Part shown: positions 11,491 through 26,264 of the stretch, one piece after another
Position numbering within the stretch: position 1 is the first letter of the stretch
Layout of the letters: every line of letters starts with the position of its first letter
NCBI GenBank assembly: GCA_964016885.1
Contig: OZ024741.1
Location: 195,982,001-196,046,000 of the forward strand
Origin: Eledone cirrhosa
Lineage: Eukaryota
Direction of reading: 5' to 3'
DNA length: 64,000 bases
Program-made: the position numbers and the translations under genes
Notes under the pieces: generated by a model
Seen by the model: the letters and a program-made list of their open reading frames with translations, nothing else
What the model was told of the DNA's origin: nothing
Databases searched by the model: none

Positions 11491-11879
11491 ATATAAAAAC
11501 TGAACTGGACTGGGAAAAGTCAACAGTTGACATGATTTTGATTTTGTATCAGTACTGCTGGTAATATATATATATATATGTGTGTGTATGTGAGTGGTGT
11601 GTGTGTTTGTATGCATGAATGAGTGTTGGTGTGTGAGTGGCGTGTGTGTTTGTAGTTTGTTTGCATGAGTGTTGGTGTGTGAGTGCGTGTCGTGTCAATA
11701 AGTGTTTTTTTTTATGACCATGCTGTAAAATGGAGGGGTAGAGAGGGCCCTTTAGTCTAGTAAGACATCCTCTCTAGTGCTGGTGGCACAAATAAAAGCA
11801 CCCAGTCCATGCTGTAAAGTGGCGCTGGTGTTAGGAAGGGCATCCAACCAGTGTATCAATGCCAAAACGCTTATCAGCA

Positions 11880-13858
11880 CAGCAACAAATAGATAGGAAC
11901 AACAACAAAATATGAAGACGTCGCATCTCAGAGTTGCAACACTTAATGTTGGCACTCTCAGAGGTAGATCTGCTGAAATAGCGGAGATGCTGGAGAGAAA
12001 GCATGTGGATGCGTGCAAGAGGTGAGATGGAGAGGTGCCTCTGCGAGACTAGTCGTAGGCAAACATCTTAGCTATAAGCTTTTCTGGGTAGGTAAGGATG
12101 ATGGTTAGGGGGAGTAGGCATTTTCCTGGCTGAGAGATGGATCAATAAGACAAAAGAGGTAGTTTGAGTTAGTAATCGAATAATTAAGCTTAGATTAGTT
12201 GTAGGCAGGAGACTACTGACAATCATCTCTGCCTATGCTCCCCAAGCAGGCCTAGGCAAAGATGAGAAAGACTGCTTTTACGAGCAATTTTTACAAACAA
12301 CCGCAATGACAGAGGACGGAGACATCGTTATGCTAGCAGGGGACTTCAATGATCATGTTGGACAGCTCCAGGATAGTTACACTGGGGGTACATGGTGGGC
12401 ACGGTTACGGCTCAAGAAATGAAGAAGGAGTGAGACTTCTTGAATTTTGTGATGCAAGTACACTGACTATTTGCAACACAAACTTCCAGAAACCTGCCAA
12501 TCACCTAATAACCTACAATTCTGGCGAGCACATCAGCCAGATTGACTTCTTACTAGTTAGGTAGTGGGACAAGCAGATGGTGTCTAATACCAAGGCATAC
12601 CCTGGGGAAGAATGTACCCCACAGCATAGGTTAGTCATTAGTGATATCTCAGTAAGCAAGAGATGGAATGAGACATACAGGAAGGTGTGGAGAAGAAAGG
12701 TCTCATGGGAACTTCTGTATGCAGATGATCTAACTCTCATAACTGAATCTATGACAGAATTAGAGAAGAAATTCCAAACCAGGAAGTATGGCCTAGAAGT
12801 AAAAGGTTTTAAAGTTAACTTGTCAAAAACTAAAGTTTGAGCATGTAGAAAGGAAAACAGGGTCCAGATCCTCTCTTGGAAATGGTCTTGCTCAGTGTGC
12901 AGGAAAGGAGGTGGTAGAAATTCCATTCTGTTTCCCAAATGCAAACTATGTGTACATAGATGATATAGTACAATCACAGGCAGGCTATCAAGAAATGTAG
13001 GTTTTATATGCAGCTGATACACAAGTGCAGTAAGTAGCAAGTATCCACAGGATACTAGCTCCTTCAAATACCCAGATAGTCGATACTTTCTGTTACCTGG
13101 GTGATGAAATCAGTAGTGGAGGAGGATGTTCCGAAAGTACAGTAGCCAAAGTAAGAATGGGATGGAGAAAGTTCAGAGAGCTAATACCACTACTAGCTAC
13201 AAAAGGGTTTTTTTTTTTTGCAGAGGACAACCGTAGACTGGAAAGAAATGAAGCATGCATGTTCCAATGGATGTGTAATAGTAATTTTCATGAATGGCAA
13301 AGCAGAAATGAACTGAGAGAGAAATTAGGTATAAGAGGGATCAGATGCAGTATGTTAGAGAGGAGATTACATTGGTGTGATCATGTGATGCGTATGAAGG
13401 ATGGCAGCTGTATAAAAAGGTGCAGGGCGAGCAAAATTGATGGAAGCTATGGAGTAGGAAGACCTGGGATGAGGTGATAAAAGCTGACCTTGTGCAATTG
13501 CACCTCTCAAAGACGATGATACAGGATCGAGATCTTTGACGTTATGCAGTAATACAGAAGACACAACTTTCCATGTGCACAGACTCAAACATACATCTGG
13601 TAGGCACCCCTTAACTACTATACCCCCACCTACCCACTTCACTTCACACCACTCTCACACTAAAAACAAAAAAGCACTATAAAGTGGTCATATAGGAGTC
13701 ACAACAAAAAATACCCAAAACACACTGTAAATGTGGTTGGCGTTAGGATGGGCATCCAGCTGTAGAAACCTAGCCAGAAACAGTCGTATATGAACAAGAC
13801 ACGGTCACCTGACCCAACTTGCCTCTAATGGGACAACCTGTCTGATGATGATGGTGAT
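11880..13858 (+). mobile_element. Degenerate RTE LINE with a large internal deletion
   Basis: An EN remnant (RVATLNVGTL, SAYAPQ, NTNFQKPANHLITY) jumps directly from RKVWRRKV to SWELLYADD at ~12700. The Cys finger, C-terminus, 3'UTR and GAT tail follow, with many stops. Confidence 0.85.
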
Positions 13859-13865
13859 ATATATA

Positions 13866-14272
13866 TCATCATCATCATTTTATGTCCGCTTTTCCCTGCT
13901 TGCAAGGGTGGGATGGGTCCTATTCAGCACAGCATCTCTCCACTTGTCACGGTCCTTCGTCATCTCCACCGTGAGCTTCAGCAATCTGAGGTTTGTTCTC
14001 ACCACCTCCGCCCATGTTTTTCGTGGTCTTCCTCTACTGCATCTTCCTTCAACTGGCATTTCTTGGCACTTCCTTACCCAGCGGTCATCCTCCATGCGCA
14101 TCACATGTCCATACCATCGCAGTCTTCTCTCCCGCACACTACAACTTATCCCTCTTAAACACAGTTTCTCTCTCAACACATCCATGCTCGGTCATTCACG
14201 TACATTGACATTGCACATCCAACGGAGCATGCTTGCCTCATTTCTCTCCAGCTGTCACATATCCTCTGCACT
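13866..14272 (-). mobile_element. 3' fragment of a second RTE family
   Basis: RERRLRWYGHVMRM...GRPRKTW...DRDKWR followed by a (GAT)n tail. Confidence 0.85.
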
Positions 14273-14382
14273 ATTTTACGTCTGCTTTCCATGTTGGCAT
14301 GTGTTGGCTAGTTTATTATTTTCAAAATTACTAGTGTAAGTTTCTTAAGTAATATAAATTTTCTTAAACTTTTAATTTTTAG

Positions 14383-14513
14383 TCATTAAATATCGCAAAA
14401 CATCAGAATTTTGCTTACGGAATAAAATTACCCAAATGAATGCACATTCAGTCCAGAAGAAAATGACACGATGGAAAGGATCACTTGCTTCTAAAACTGG
14501 ATTAATAGTAACA
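14383..14513 (+). CDS. DNMBP: DNMBP/Tuba-like exon (DH-BAR linker); upstream exons lie outside the window
   Basis: AG/GT-bounded, phase 1 to phase 0. IKYRKTSEFCLRNKITQMNAHSVQKKMTRWKGSLASKTGLIVT resembles the Tuba-family KYRK...KISKLNIHSIIKKSNR...TG segment. Confidence 0.75.
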
Positions 14514-14684
14514 GTGAGTTACAGTATTGTTGTACCATTTCTGTTCTCTCTATATCAAAGTTTCAACTGTCATTGCTTCAAGATCAAAGACATATTGACT
14601 GAAAGTTCTAAAACTCTGTCTGTTGTGACTTGACTATGGTATTCTGTTGTGTGTAACAAAACGGTCTCCTGTGATTGTGACACA

Positions 14685-17600
14685 ATAATCTGTTACAATA
14701 AAGTGCATTATTGATGTGATGTGACAGTGACCAACAGACTACTATGATACTATAGTTTTTTTACAGTAAAGTACATTATTGATGTGACGTGACAGTGACA
14801 CAATAGTCTGTTACAATAAAGTACATTATTGATGTGACATGACAGTGATACAATAGTCTGTTACAGTAAAGTACATTATTGATGTGACATGACAGTGATA
14901 CTGTAGTCTGTTACAATAAAGTACATTATTGATGTGACATGACAGTGTTATTATAGTCTGTTACAATAAAGTACATTATTGATGTGACATGACAGTGATA
15001 CTGTAGTCTGTTACAATAAAGTACATTATTGATGTGACGTGACAGTGATACTGTAGTCTGTTACAATAAAGTACATTATTGATGTGACGTGACAGTGATA
15101 CTATAGTCTGTTACAATAAAGTACATTATTGATGTGACGTGACAGTGATACTGTAGTCTGTTACAGTAAAGTACATTATTGATGTGACATGACAGTGATA
15201 CTGTAGTCTGTTACAATAAAGTACATTATTGATGTGACATGACAGTGTTATTATAGTCTGTTACAATAAAGTACATTATTGATGTGACATGACAGTGATG
15301 TTATAGTCTGTTACAGTAAAGTACATTATTGATGTGACATGACAGTGATACTGTAGTCTGTTACAATAAAGTACATTATTGATGTGACATGACAGTGTTA
15401 TTATAGTCTGTTACAATAAAGTACATTATTGATGTGACATGACAGTGATACTGTAGTTTGTTACAATAAAGTACATTATTGATGTGACATGACAGTGATA
15501 CTGTAGTCTGTTACAATAAAGTACATTATTGATGTGACGTGACAGTGATACTGTAGTCTGTTACAATAAAGTACATTATTGATGTGACGTGACAGTGATA
15601 CTGTAGTCTGTTACAATAAAGTACATTATTGATGTGACATGACAGTGATACTGCAGTCTGTTACAATAAAGTACATTATTGATGTGACATGACAGTGATA
15701 CTATAGTTTGTTACAATAAAGTACATTATTGATGTGACATGACAGTGATAATGTAGTCTGTTACAATAAAGTACATTATTGATGTGACGTGACAGTGATA
15801 CTGTAGTCTGTTACAATAAAGTACATTATTGATGTGACATGACAGTGATACTGTAGTCTGTTACAATAAAGTACATTATTGATGTGACATGACAGTGATA
15901 CTGTAGTCTGTTACAATAAAGTACATTATTGATGTGACGTGACAGTGATACAATAGTCTGTTACAGTAAAGTACATTATTGATATGACATGACAGTGATA
16001 CTGTAGTCTGTTACAATAAAGTACATTATTGATGTGACATGACAGTGTTATTATAGTCTGTTACAATAAAGTACATTATTGATGTGACATGACAGTGATA
16101 CTGTAGTCTGTTACAATAAAGTACATTATTGATGTGACATGACAGTGATACTGTAGTCTGTTACAATAAAGTACATTATTGATGTGACATGACAGTGATA
16201 CTGTAGTCTGTTACAATAAAGTACATTATTGATGTGACATGACAGTGATACTATAGTCTGTTACAATAAAGTACATTATTGATGTGACATGACAGTGATA
16301 CAATAGTCTGTTACAGTAAAGTACATTATTGATATGACATGACAGTGATACTGTAGTCTGTTACAATAAAGTACATTATTGATGTGACATGACAGTGTTA
16401 TTATAGTCTGTTACAATAAAGTACATTATTGATGTGACATGACAGTGTTATTATAGTCTGTTACAATAAAGTACATTATTGATGTGACATGACAGTGTTA
16501 TTATAGTCTGTTACAATAAAGTACATTATTGATGTGACATGACAGTGATACTGTAGTCTGTTACAATAAAGTACATTATTGATGTGACATGACAGTAATA
16601 CTGTAGTCTGTTACAATAAAGTACATTATTGATGTGACATGACAGTGATACTATAGTCTGTTACAATAAAGTACATTATTGATGTGACATGACAGTGATA
16701 CTGTAGTCTGTTACAATAAAGTACATTATTGATGTGACATGACAGTGATACTATAGTTTGTTACAATAAAGTACATTATTGATGTGGCATGACAGTGATA
16801 CTATAGTCTGTTACAATAAAGTACATTATTGATGTGACATGACAGTAATACTATAGTCTGTTACAATAAAGTACATTATTGATGTGACATGACAGTGATA
16901 CTGTAGTCTGTTACAATAAAGTACATTATTGATGTGACATGACAGTGATACTATAGTTTGTTACAATAAAGTACATTATTGATGTGGCATGACAGTGATA
17001 CTATAGTCTGTTACAATAAAGTACATTATTGATGTGACATGACAGTGATACAATAGTCTGTTACAATAAAGTACATTATTGATATGACGTGACAGTGATA
17101 CTATAGTCTGTTACAATAAAGTACATTATTGATGTGACGTGACAGTGATACTGTAGTCTGTTACAGTAAAGTACATTATTGATGTGACATGACAGTGATA
17201 CTGTAGTCTGTTACAATAAAGTACATTATTGATGTGACATGACAGTGTTATTATAGTCTGTTACAATAAAGTACATTATTGATGTGACATGACAGTGATA
17301 TTATAGTCTGTTACAGTAAAGTACATTATTGATGTGACATGACAGTGATACTGTAGTCTGTTACAATAAAGTACATTATTGATGTGACATGACAGTGTTA
17401 TTATAGTCTGTTACAATAAAGTACATTATTGATGTGACATGACAGTGATACTGTAGTTTGTTACAATAAAGTACATTATTGATGTGACATGACAGTGATA
17501 CTGTAGTCTGTTACAATAAAGTACATTATTGATGTGACATGACAGTGATACTGTAGTCTGTTACAATAAAGTACATTATTGATGTGACATGACAGTGATA

Positions 17601-20600
17601 TTATAGTCTGTTACAATAAAGTACATTATTGATGTGACGTGACAGTGATACTGTAGTCTGTTACAGTAAAGTACATTATTGATGTGACATGACAGTGATA
17701 CTGTAGTCTGTTACAATAAAGTACATTATTGATGTGACATGACAGTGATACTGTAGTCTGTTACAATAAAGTACATTATTGATGCGACATGACAGTGATA
17801 CTATAGTTTGTTACAATAAAGTACATTATTGATGTGACATGACAGTGTTATAGTCTGTTACAATAAAGTACATTATTGATGTGACATGACAGTGATACTA
17901 TAGTCTGTTACAATAAAGTACATTATTGATGTGACATGACAGTGTTATTATAGTCTGTTACAATAAAGTACATTATTGATGTGACATGAGAGTGATACTA
18001 TAGTCTGTTACAATAAAGTACATTATTGATGTGACATGACAGTGATACTGTAGTCTGTTACAATAAAGTACATTATTGATGTGACGTGGCAGTGATACTA
18101 TAGTCTGTTACAATAAAGTACATTATTGATGTGACGTGATAGTGATACTATAGTCTGTACAGTAAAGTACATTATTGATGTGACATGACAGTGTTATTAT
18201 AGTCTGTTACAATAAAGTACATTATTGATGTGACATGACAGTGTTACTATAGTCTGTTACAATAAAGTACATTATTGATGTGACATGACAGTGATACTGT
18301 AGTCTGTTACAATAAAGTACATTATTGATGTGACATGACAGTAATACTGTAGTCTGTTACAATAAAGTACATTATTGATGTGACATGACAGTGATACTAT
18401 AGTCTGTTACAATAAAGTACATTATTGATGTGACATGACAGTGATACTGTAGTCTGTTACAATAAAGTACATTATTGATGTGACATGACAGTGATACTAT
18501 AGTTTGTTACAATAAAGTACATTATTGATGTGGCATGACAGTGATACTATAGTCTGTTACAATAAAGTACATTATTGATGTGACATGACAGTAATACTAT
18601 AGTCTGTTACAATAAAGTACATTATTGATGTGACATGACAGTGATACTGTAGTCTGTTACAATAAAGTACATTATTGATGTGACATGACAGTGATACTAT
18701 AGTTTGTTACAATAAAGTACATTATTGATGTGGCATGACAGTGATACTATAGTCTGTTACAATAAAGTACATTATTGATGTGACATGACAGTGATACAAT
18801 AGTCTGTTACAATAAAGTACATTATTGATATGACGTGACAGTGATACTATAGTCTGTTACAATAAAGTACATTATTCATGTGACGTGACAGTGATACTGT
18901 AGTCTGTTACAGTAAAGTACATTATTGATGTGACATGACAGTGATACTGTAGTCTGTTACAATAAAGTACATTATTGATGTGACATGACAGTGTTATTAT
19001 AGTCTGTTACAATAAAGTACATTATTGATGTGACATGACAGTGATATTATAGTCTGTTACAGTAAAGTACATTATTGATGTGACATGACAGTGATACTGT
19101 AGTCTGTTACAATAAAGTACATTATTGATGTGACATGACAGTGTTATTATAGTCTGTTACAATAAAGTACATTATTGATGTGACATGACAGTGATACTGT
19201 AGTTTGTTACAATAAAGTACATTATTGATGTGACATGACAGTGATACTGTAGTCTGTTACAATAAAGTACATTATTGATGTGACATGACAGTGATACTGT
19301 AGTCTGTTACAATAAAGTACATTATTGATGTGACATGACAGTGTTATTATAGTCTGTTACAATAAAGTACATTATTGATGTGACGTGACAGTGATACTGT
19401 AGTCTGTTACAGTAAAGTACATTATTGATGTGACATGACAGTGATACTGTAGTCTGTTACAATAAAGTACATTATTGATGTGACATGACAGTGATACTGT
19501 AGTCTGTTACAATAAAGTACATTATTGATGCGACATGACAGTGATACTATAGTTTGTTACAATAAAGTACATTATTGATGTGACATGACAGTGTTATAGT
19601 CTGTTACAATAAAGTACATTATTGATGTGACATGACAGTGATACTATAGTCTGTTACAATAAAGTACATTATTGATGTGACATGACAGTGTTATTATAGT
19701 CTGTTACAATAAAGTACATTATTGATGTGACATGACAGTGATACTATAGTCTGTTACAATAAAGTACATTATTGATGTGACATGACAGTGATACTGTAGT
19801 CTGTTACAATAAAGTACATTATTGATGTGACGTGGCAGTGATACTATAGTCTGTTACAATAAAGTACATTATTGATGTGACGTGATAGTGATACTATAGT
19901 CTGTACAGTAAAGTACATTATTGATGTGACATGACAGTGTTATTATAGTCTGTTACAATAAAGTACATTATTGATGTGACATGACAGTGTTACTATAGTC
20001 TGTTACAATAAAGTACATTATTGATGTGACATGACAGTGATACTGTAGTCTGTTACAATAAAGTACATTATTGATGTGGCATGACAGTGATACTATAGTC
20101 TGTTACAATAAAGTACATTATTGATGTGACATGACAGTGATACTGTAGTCTGTTACAATAAAGTACATTATTGATGTGACATGACAGTGATACTGTAGTC
20201 TGTTACAATAAAGTACATTATTGATGTGACATGACAGTGATACTGTAGTCTGTTACAATAAAGTACATTATTGATGTGACGTGACAGTGATACTGTAGTC
20301 TGTTACAATAAAGTGCATTATTGATGTGACATGACAGTGATACTGTAGTCTGTTACAATAAAGTACATTATTGATGTGACGTGACAGTGATACTGTAGTC
20401 TGTTACAATAAAGTACATTATTGATGTGACGTGACAGTGTTATTATAGTCTGTTACAATAAAGTACATTATTGATGTGACATGACAGTGATACTGTAGTC
20501 TGTTATAATAAAGTACATTATTGATGTGACATGACAGTGATACAATAGTCTGTTACAGTAAAGTACATTATTGATGTGACATGACAGTGATACTGTAGTC

Positions 20601-21030
20601 TGTTACAATAAAGTACATTATTGATGTGACATGACCGTGATACTATAGTCTGTTACAATAAAGTACATTATTGATGTGACATGACAGTGTTATTATAGTC
20701 TGTAACAATAAAGTACATTACTGATGTGACATGACAGTGATACTGTAGTCTGTTACAATAAAGTACATTATTGATGTGACATGACAGTGTTATTATAGTC
20801 TGTTACAATAAAGTACATTATTGCTGTGATGTGACAGTGATACTGTAGTCTGTTACAATAAAGTACATTATTGATGTGACATGACAGTGATACTATAGTC
20901 TGTTACAGTAAAGTACATTATTGATGTGACATGACTGATACTGTAGTCTGTTACAATAAAGTACATTATTGATGTGACATGACAGTGACAATTGTTTGTT
21001 ACAATAAAGTATGTTATTGATGTGACATGA
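14685..21030. repeat. 50-bp intronic satellite, ~125 copies
   Basis: Unit TTACAATAAAGTACATTATTGATGTGACATGACAGTGATACTGTAGTCTG, highly homogeneous. Confidence 0.98.
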
Positions 21031-21169
21031 CATTGTGTTGTATTACTGTGACATTATAATTTATTCTGTTTTTGTGACACCTCAGTCAGTTGCCTCACTG
21101 TCACACTATAGTTAGTTGTCTTGCAGTTGTTTCTGAGAAACTGTAGCTGCTTGTCTCTGTAACATAGCA

Positions 21170-23482
21170 ATCAGATGTCTCTGTAGTCACTGTAGTCCCG
21201 GCCAGATGTCTCTGTGGTCACTGTAGTCCCAGTCAGATGTCACTGTAGTCCCAGTCTTATGTCTCTGTGCTCACTGTAGTCCCAGTCAGATGTCTCTGTG
21301 CTCAATGTAGTCCCAGCCAGATGTCTCTGTGGTCAGTGTAGTCCCAGTCTAATGTCTCTGTGCTCACTGTAGTCCCAGTCAGATGTCTCTGTGCTCAATG
21401 TAGTCCCAGCCAGATGTCTCTGTGGTCAGTGTAGTCCCAGTATAATGTCTCTGTGCTCACTGTAGTCCCAGTCAGATGTCTCTGTGGTCACTGTAGTCCC
21501 AGTCTAATGTCACTGTAGTCCCAGTCTAATGACTCTGTGCTCACTGTAGTCCCAGTCAGATGTCTCTGTGCTCAATGTAGTCCCAGCCAGATGTCTCTGT
21601 GGTCAGTGTAGTCCCAGTCTAATGTCTCTGTGCTCACTGTAGTCCCAGTCAGATGTCTCTGTGCTCAATGTAGTCCCGGCCAGATGTCTCTGTGGTCACT
21701 GTAGTCCCAGTCAGATGTCACTGTAGTCCCAGTCTAATGTCACTGTAGTCCCAGTCTTATGTCTCTGTGCTCACTGTAGTCCCAGTCAGATGTCTCTGTG
21801 CTCAATGTAGTCCCAGCCAGATGTCTCTGTGGTCAGTGTAGTCCCAGTCTAATGTCTCTGTGCTCACTGTAGTCCCAGTCAGATGTCTCTGTGCTCAATG
21901 TAGTCCCAGCCAGATGTCTCTGTGGTCAGTGTAGTCCCAGTATAATGTCTCTGTGCTCACTGTAGTCCCAGTCAGATGTCTCTGTGGTCACTGTAGTCCC
22001 AGTCTAATGTCACTGTAGTCCCAGTCTAATGACTCTGTGCTCACTGTAGTCCCAGTCAGATGTCTCTGTGCTCAATGTAGTCCCAGCCAGATGTCTCTGT
22101 GGTCAGTGTAGTCCCAGTCTAATGTCTCTGTGCTCACTGTAGTCCCAGTCAGATGTCTCTGTGCTCAATGTAGTCCCAGCCAGATGTCTCTGTGGTCAAT
22201 GTAGTCCCAGTATAATGTCTCTGTGCTCACTGTAGTCCCAGTCAGATGTCTCTGTGGTCACTGTAGTCCCAGTCTAATGACTCTGTGCTCACTGTAGTCC
22301 CAGTCAGATGTCTCTGTGCTCAATGTAGTCCCAGCCAGATGTCTCTGTGGTCAGTGTAGTCCCAGTCTAATGTCTCTGTGCTCACTGTAGTCCCAGTCAG
22401 ATGTCTCTGTGCTCAATGTAGTCCCAGCCAGATGTCTCTGTGGTCAGTGTAGTCCCAGTATAATGTCTCTGTGCTCACTGTAGTCCCAGTCAGATGTCTC
22501 TGTGGTCACTGTAGTCCCAGTCTAATGTCACTGTAGTCCCAGTCTAATGTCACTGTAGTCCCAGTCTAATGACTCTGTGCTCACTGTAGTCCCAGTCAGA
22601 TGTCTCTGTGCTCAATGTAGTCCCAGCCAGATGTCTCTGTGGTCAGTGTAGTCCCAGTCTAATGTCTCTGTGCTCACTGTAGTCCCAGTCAGATGTCTCT
22701 GTGCTCAATGTAGTCCCAGCCAGATGTCTCTGTGGTCAGTGTAGTCCCAGTATAATGTCTCTGTGCTCACTGTAGTCCCAGTCAGATGTCTCTGTGGTCA
22801 CTGTAGTCCCAGTCAGATGTCACTGTAGTCCCAGTCTAATGTCACTGTAGTCCCAGTCTAATGTCTCTGTGCTCACTGTAGTCCCAGTCAGATGTCTCTG
22901 TGCTCAATGTAGTCCCAGCCAGATGTCTCTGTGGTCAGTGTAGTCCCAGTCAGATGTCTCTGTGCTCACTGTAGTCCCAGTCAGATGTCTCTGTGCTCAA
23001 TGTAGTCCCAGCCAGATGTCTCTGTGGTCAGTGTAGTCCCAGTATAATGTCTCTGTGCTCAATGTAGTCCCAGTCAGATGTCTCTGTGGTCACTGTAGTC
23101 CCAGTCAGATGTCACTGTAGTCCCAGTCTAATGTCACTGTAGTCCCAGTCTAATGTCTCTGTGCTCACTGTAGTCCCAGTCAGATGTCTCTGTGCTCAAT
23201 GTAGTCCCAGCCAGATGTCTCTGTGGTCAGTGTAGTCCCAGTCTAATGTCTCTGTGCTCACTGTAGTCCCAGTCAGATGTCTCTGTGCTCAATGTAGTCC
23301 CAGCCAGATGTCTCTGTGGTCAGTGTAGTCCCAGTATAATGTCTCTGTGCTCAATGTAGTCCCAGTCAGATGTCTCTGTGCTCAATGTAGTCCCAGCCAG
23401 ATGTCTCTGTGGTCAGTGTAGTCCCAGTATAATGTCTCTGTGCTCAATGTAGTCCCAGTCAGATGTCTCTGTGGTCACTGTT
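21170..23482. repeat. 31-bp/22-bp intronic minisatellite with 93-bp trimer organisation
   Basis: Units CTGTAGTCCCAGTCAGATGTCTCTGTGCTCA (31 bp) and CTGTAGTCCCAGTCTAATGTCA (22 bp). The CTCAC/CTCAA/GTCAG variants cycle in order. Confidence 0.95.
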
Positions 23483-23590
23483 GTTTGTTAAACAATATAA
23501 TCTCTTGTCTCTCACACTGCATTCCTTTGTTTCTGTGGTCATTTAAAAGAAATCATGATGGATCAAGAGAAAATTGATATCTTTTAGGAT

Positions 23591-23948
23591 TATAACAAAA
23601 TACTGGCGAGTGTGAATATAACAAAAGACTCAGTTGTGTGTATAAAGTTTAATTAACAAGTTGAAGTTATGTAGAATAGAATTGTTGACAAGTCAAGAGT
23701 AGATGAAAGAATGAAGTAAAGTTATTTGTTACCGTTTTGAAGTGAGCTCGCAAGAGACTATGTTAGGGTTGCCAGGCAAACGCGCCTGGCCGAAGAGTGT
23801 GAGATCGCCCTGAGTATCCCTTTTATAGGGTCCCAGGATGGAAGTGACAAAAGGGGTTCTGCCACCCCAACGGGAAGTAACTCCAGCTACTTCCTTTCTA
23901 GAGAGCGGTGATGTGATTGTCATAACAAGGGAGGTAACTCTTGCTACA
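23591..23948 (-). mobile_element. Solo-LTR-like repeat with 4-bp TSD GGAT
   Basis: Starts TGTAGCAAGAG on the minus strand. GGAT occurs at 23587-23590 and 23949-23952. Homologous to 57464-57846 and to the arms of 54975-55197. Confidence 0.6.
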
Positions 23949-24171
23949 GGATATTAAACCAATGAGTAATAATACATAACTAAATACTATTAGGCATTTA
24001 ATCCACTCTGCTGCCATTCTTACAATAGATGCCTTGTGTCCATGAAAAAGAAATCATTATTGTCATTATATAACCTTTTTATAATCATTACTCTTTGGTC
24101 TGTCAGTGTTTTTATTTTTATTGTTTTATGAGAATTGATCTTAACTGAAATGTCTATTTTTATTGTTATAG

Positions 24172-24276
24172 TTCAAAGACGAAGAATTTGATCTTAAATT
24201 GGAACAGTTTGACTCTGTTCAGGAAACTGTGTCTGGATTAAAAAGAAACTTTGAAACATACCGCCAACAATTTATT
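24172..24276 (+). CDS. DNMBP: DNMBP-like exon (BAR domain start)
   Basis: ag|TTC...ATT|gtaagt, 105 bp, phase 0/0; FKDEEFDLKLEQFDSVQETVSGLKRNFETYRQQFI. Confidence 0.8.
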
Positions 24277-24519
24277 GTAAGTTATTGATTGAGTTTATTT
24301 TTGCTGATATGAGAGAATAAAAAAAATGTACCCATTACCTATTAGATTGTTTGCATTCCTTAGTTTTTGTGATATACCCTATCTCTATTCCAGCTATACT
24401 TATAAGACCATTTTAATTCTATTGACCCTTTCATTACCATATTTCTAATGTAAGATTTTAAAATCATTTTTAAAATAATCAGTTTAGGGGTTTTCATTTT
24501 AGCACCATTCATCCAAACA

Positions 24520-25370
24520 CAAATACTCGGGCAGTCATTATTTTCATGAACAGGATTGACATGCACAGCCGGTTGAAAGTGGTACCATGATTGGCACTTA
24601 TAAAATCAGTTGGCTGGAATTTGCAGATGAGATGGTGTTACTTAACTCAATAGAAGGTGATCTCCAACTTGCACTTTATAGATTTAATGCTGTGTGCTGC
24701 ATGGCTGGAAAGAAAATCAGTGCTGTGAAAACTAAAACACTCATCCTCTCAAAGAAGCCTGCCTAATGCACTTTGCATGTGTGTGGAATTCTATTGAAAC
24801 CGGTGGAGATTTTTAAGTATCGCACAGCTGTTTTCACAAGTGATGGAAGGCAGGAAGCTGAATTAAATGCATGAATTACAGGAGCTGATGCAGTAATGCA
24901 TAAGTTTCAGCATTCAGGAATCAGAAGAAGGGAAGTATGTGTAAAAGCCAAATTCACTATCTTCAATTCGGTATTTGTGCCAACCCGTACCTGTGGTCAT
25001 GAATCTTGGGTAATGACCGTAAGAATACGATTGCAAATACAAGTGGCTGAAATGGAGTTCCTCCGATGGGTCTTTGGAGTAATGTTACTTAATAGAATGC
25101 GTAGCTCAGAGATCAGAGAGTCATTCCACGTAGAGCTGCTAGTTCTTTCTCAGGAAAGAATCACTGGACAGATGTTATGGGCAAAACCAATCAGCAGGAG
25201 ACTCAGGGGCGGCAGGCACCGAGCTAGATAGTTGGATAACAACCGTGAGCTTGGCTGTTCCTGCTTAGGGATCCAACCTAATCAGTTAGAGACGGTTGCT
25301 TCTGACAGGACCTGCTGGAAGGAGTGTTTGAGAGTTCTGCCCCATGACCCTCTCAGGAATATGAAGAAGT
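24520..25370 (+). mobile_element. Degenerate RTE-like LINE 3' fragment, apparently inserted in a piggyBac-like MITE
   Basis: Remnants of FADxMV and GHESWVMT.RIRLQIQVAEMEFLR. The flanks resemble the MITE at 43840 and 45273. Confidence 0.7.
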
Positions 25371-26264
25371 TTAGAGGTACATCATTAATCTGGTCTTTAG
25401 AACATAATGTAACAAAAATTCTCAAATAAAATTATGATGGAAGGTTTTTAGGTAAATATAGTCTCTTTAAAACAGAGTTTTATATCATAGGACCAGGGGT
25501 AGTTTCAGGCAGTTTGGTATTGTCTAATGAAACATGATTTCAAATACTGTTCTGCTGCTGTACTGGCCAATAATATCTATTTAAAGCTATGTGGACTGAG
25601 TTGTTTGAAAGTTAAGGACACTGGCCAGATTCAACATAATGCTACTGTTAGGATAAAAGTTGTGGAATCTTCACTTGATTGACAAATACTTCATTGATTT
25701 CATTAGCAGCTGGTCAGTGACTAAAGAGTTAGTGTAAAGTAGGGCTTCTTGCTGTAAAACATTGCCTCAAAAACTCCTGTCCAACCCATTCCAGCTTGGA
25801 AAAGACAACAGGAAAGTAATGATGGTAGTGGTGGTGGTGACAGCAGTGGGGATAGTATGCTCAGCCACATACACATTAATTTCTCTGGCACGTAATTCTG
25901 TTGATTACTCATCGTCAGAAAAGGCAGAGATTCAATAAGAAGTCTTAAACTAAAATGTTTGCAATATAATCCCATATTCTGCAAAGTAGTCTTGCTAGCT
26001 AACATCATCACCATCACTGTTTAATGTCCATTTTCCACTCAAGAATGGATTAGACAGAACTTGAGTTGCTAATAAGGGTAATAGTGTCTCCCTCAATAAT
26101 CTCCAGAGCAACGCTTTCTCTATTCTGTATGCTGGAACCAAGAGGTGGCTTGTGTCTGGATTTCTGCATGCCAGAAAGTGTTCACCTACACTCTCCAAAC
26201 CTAAATTATTCTTTCTCATATTTTTGTTGTATTTAGACTCACTATTACTATTATTAATAAGGGT

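Noticed and set aside
14685-23482. Regular arrays resembling CRISPR
   Set aside because: Units are head-to-tail with no unique spacers, there are no cas genes, and the context is eukaryotic.
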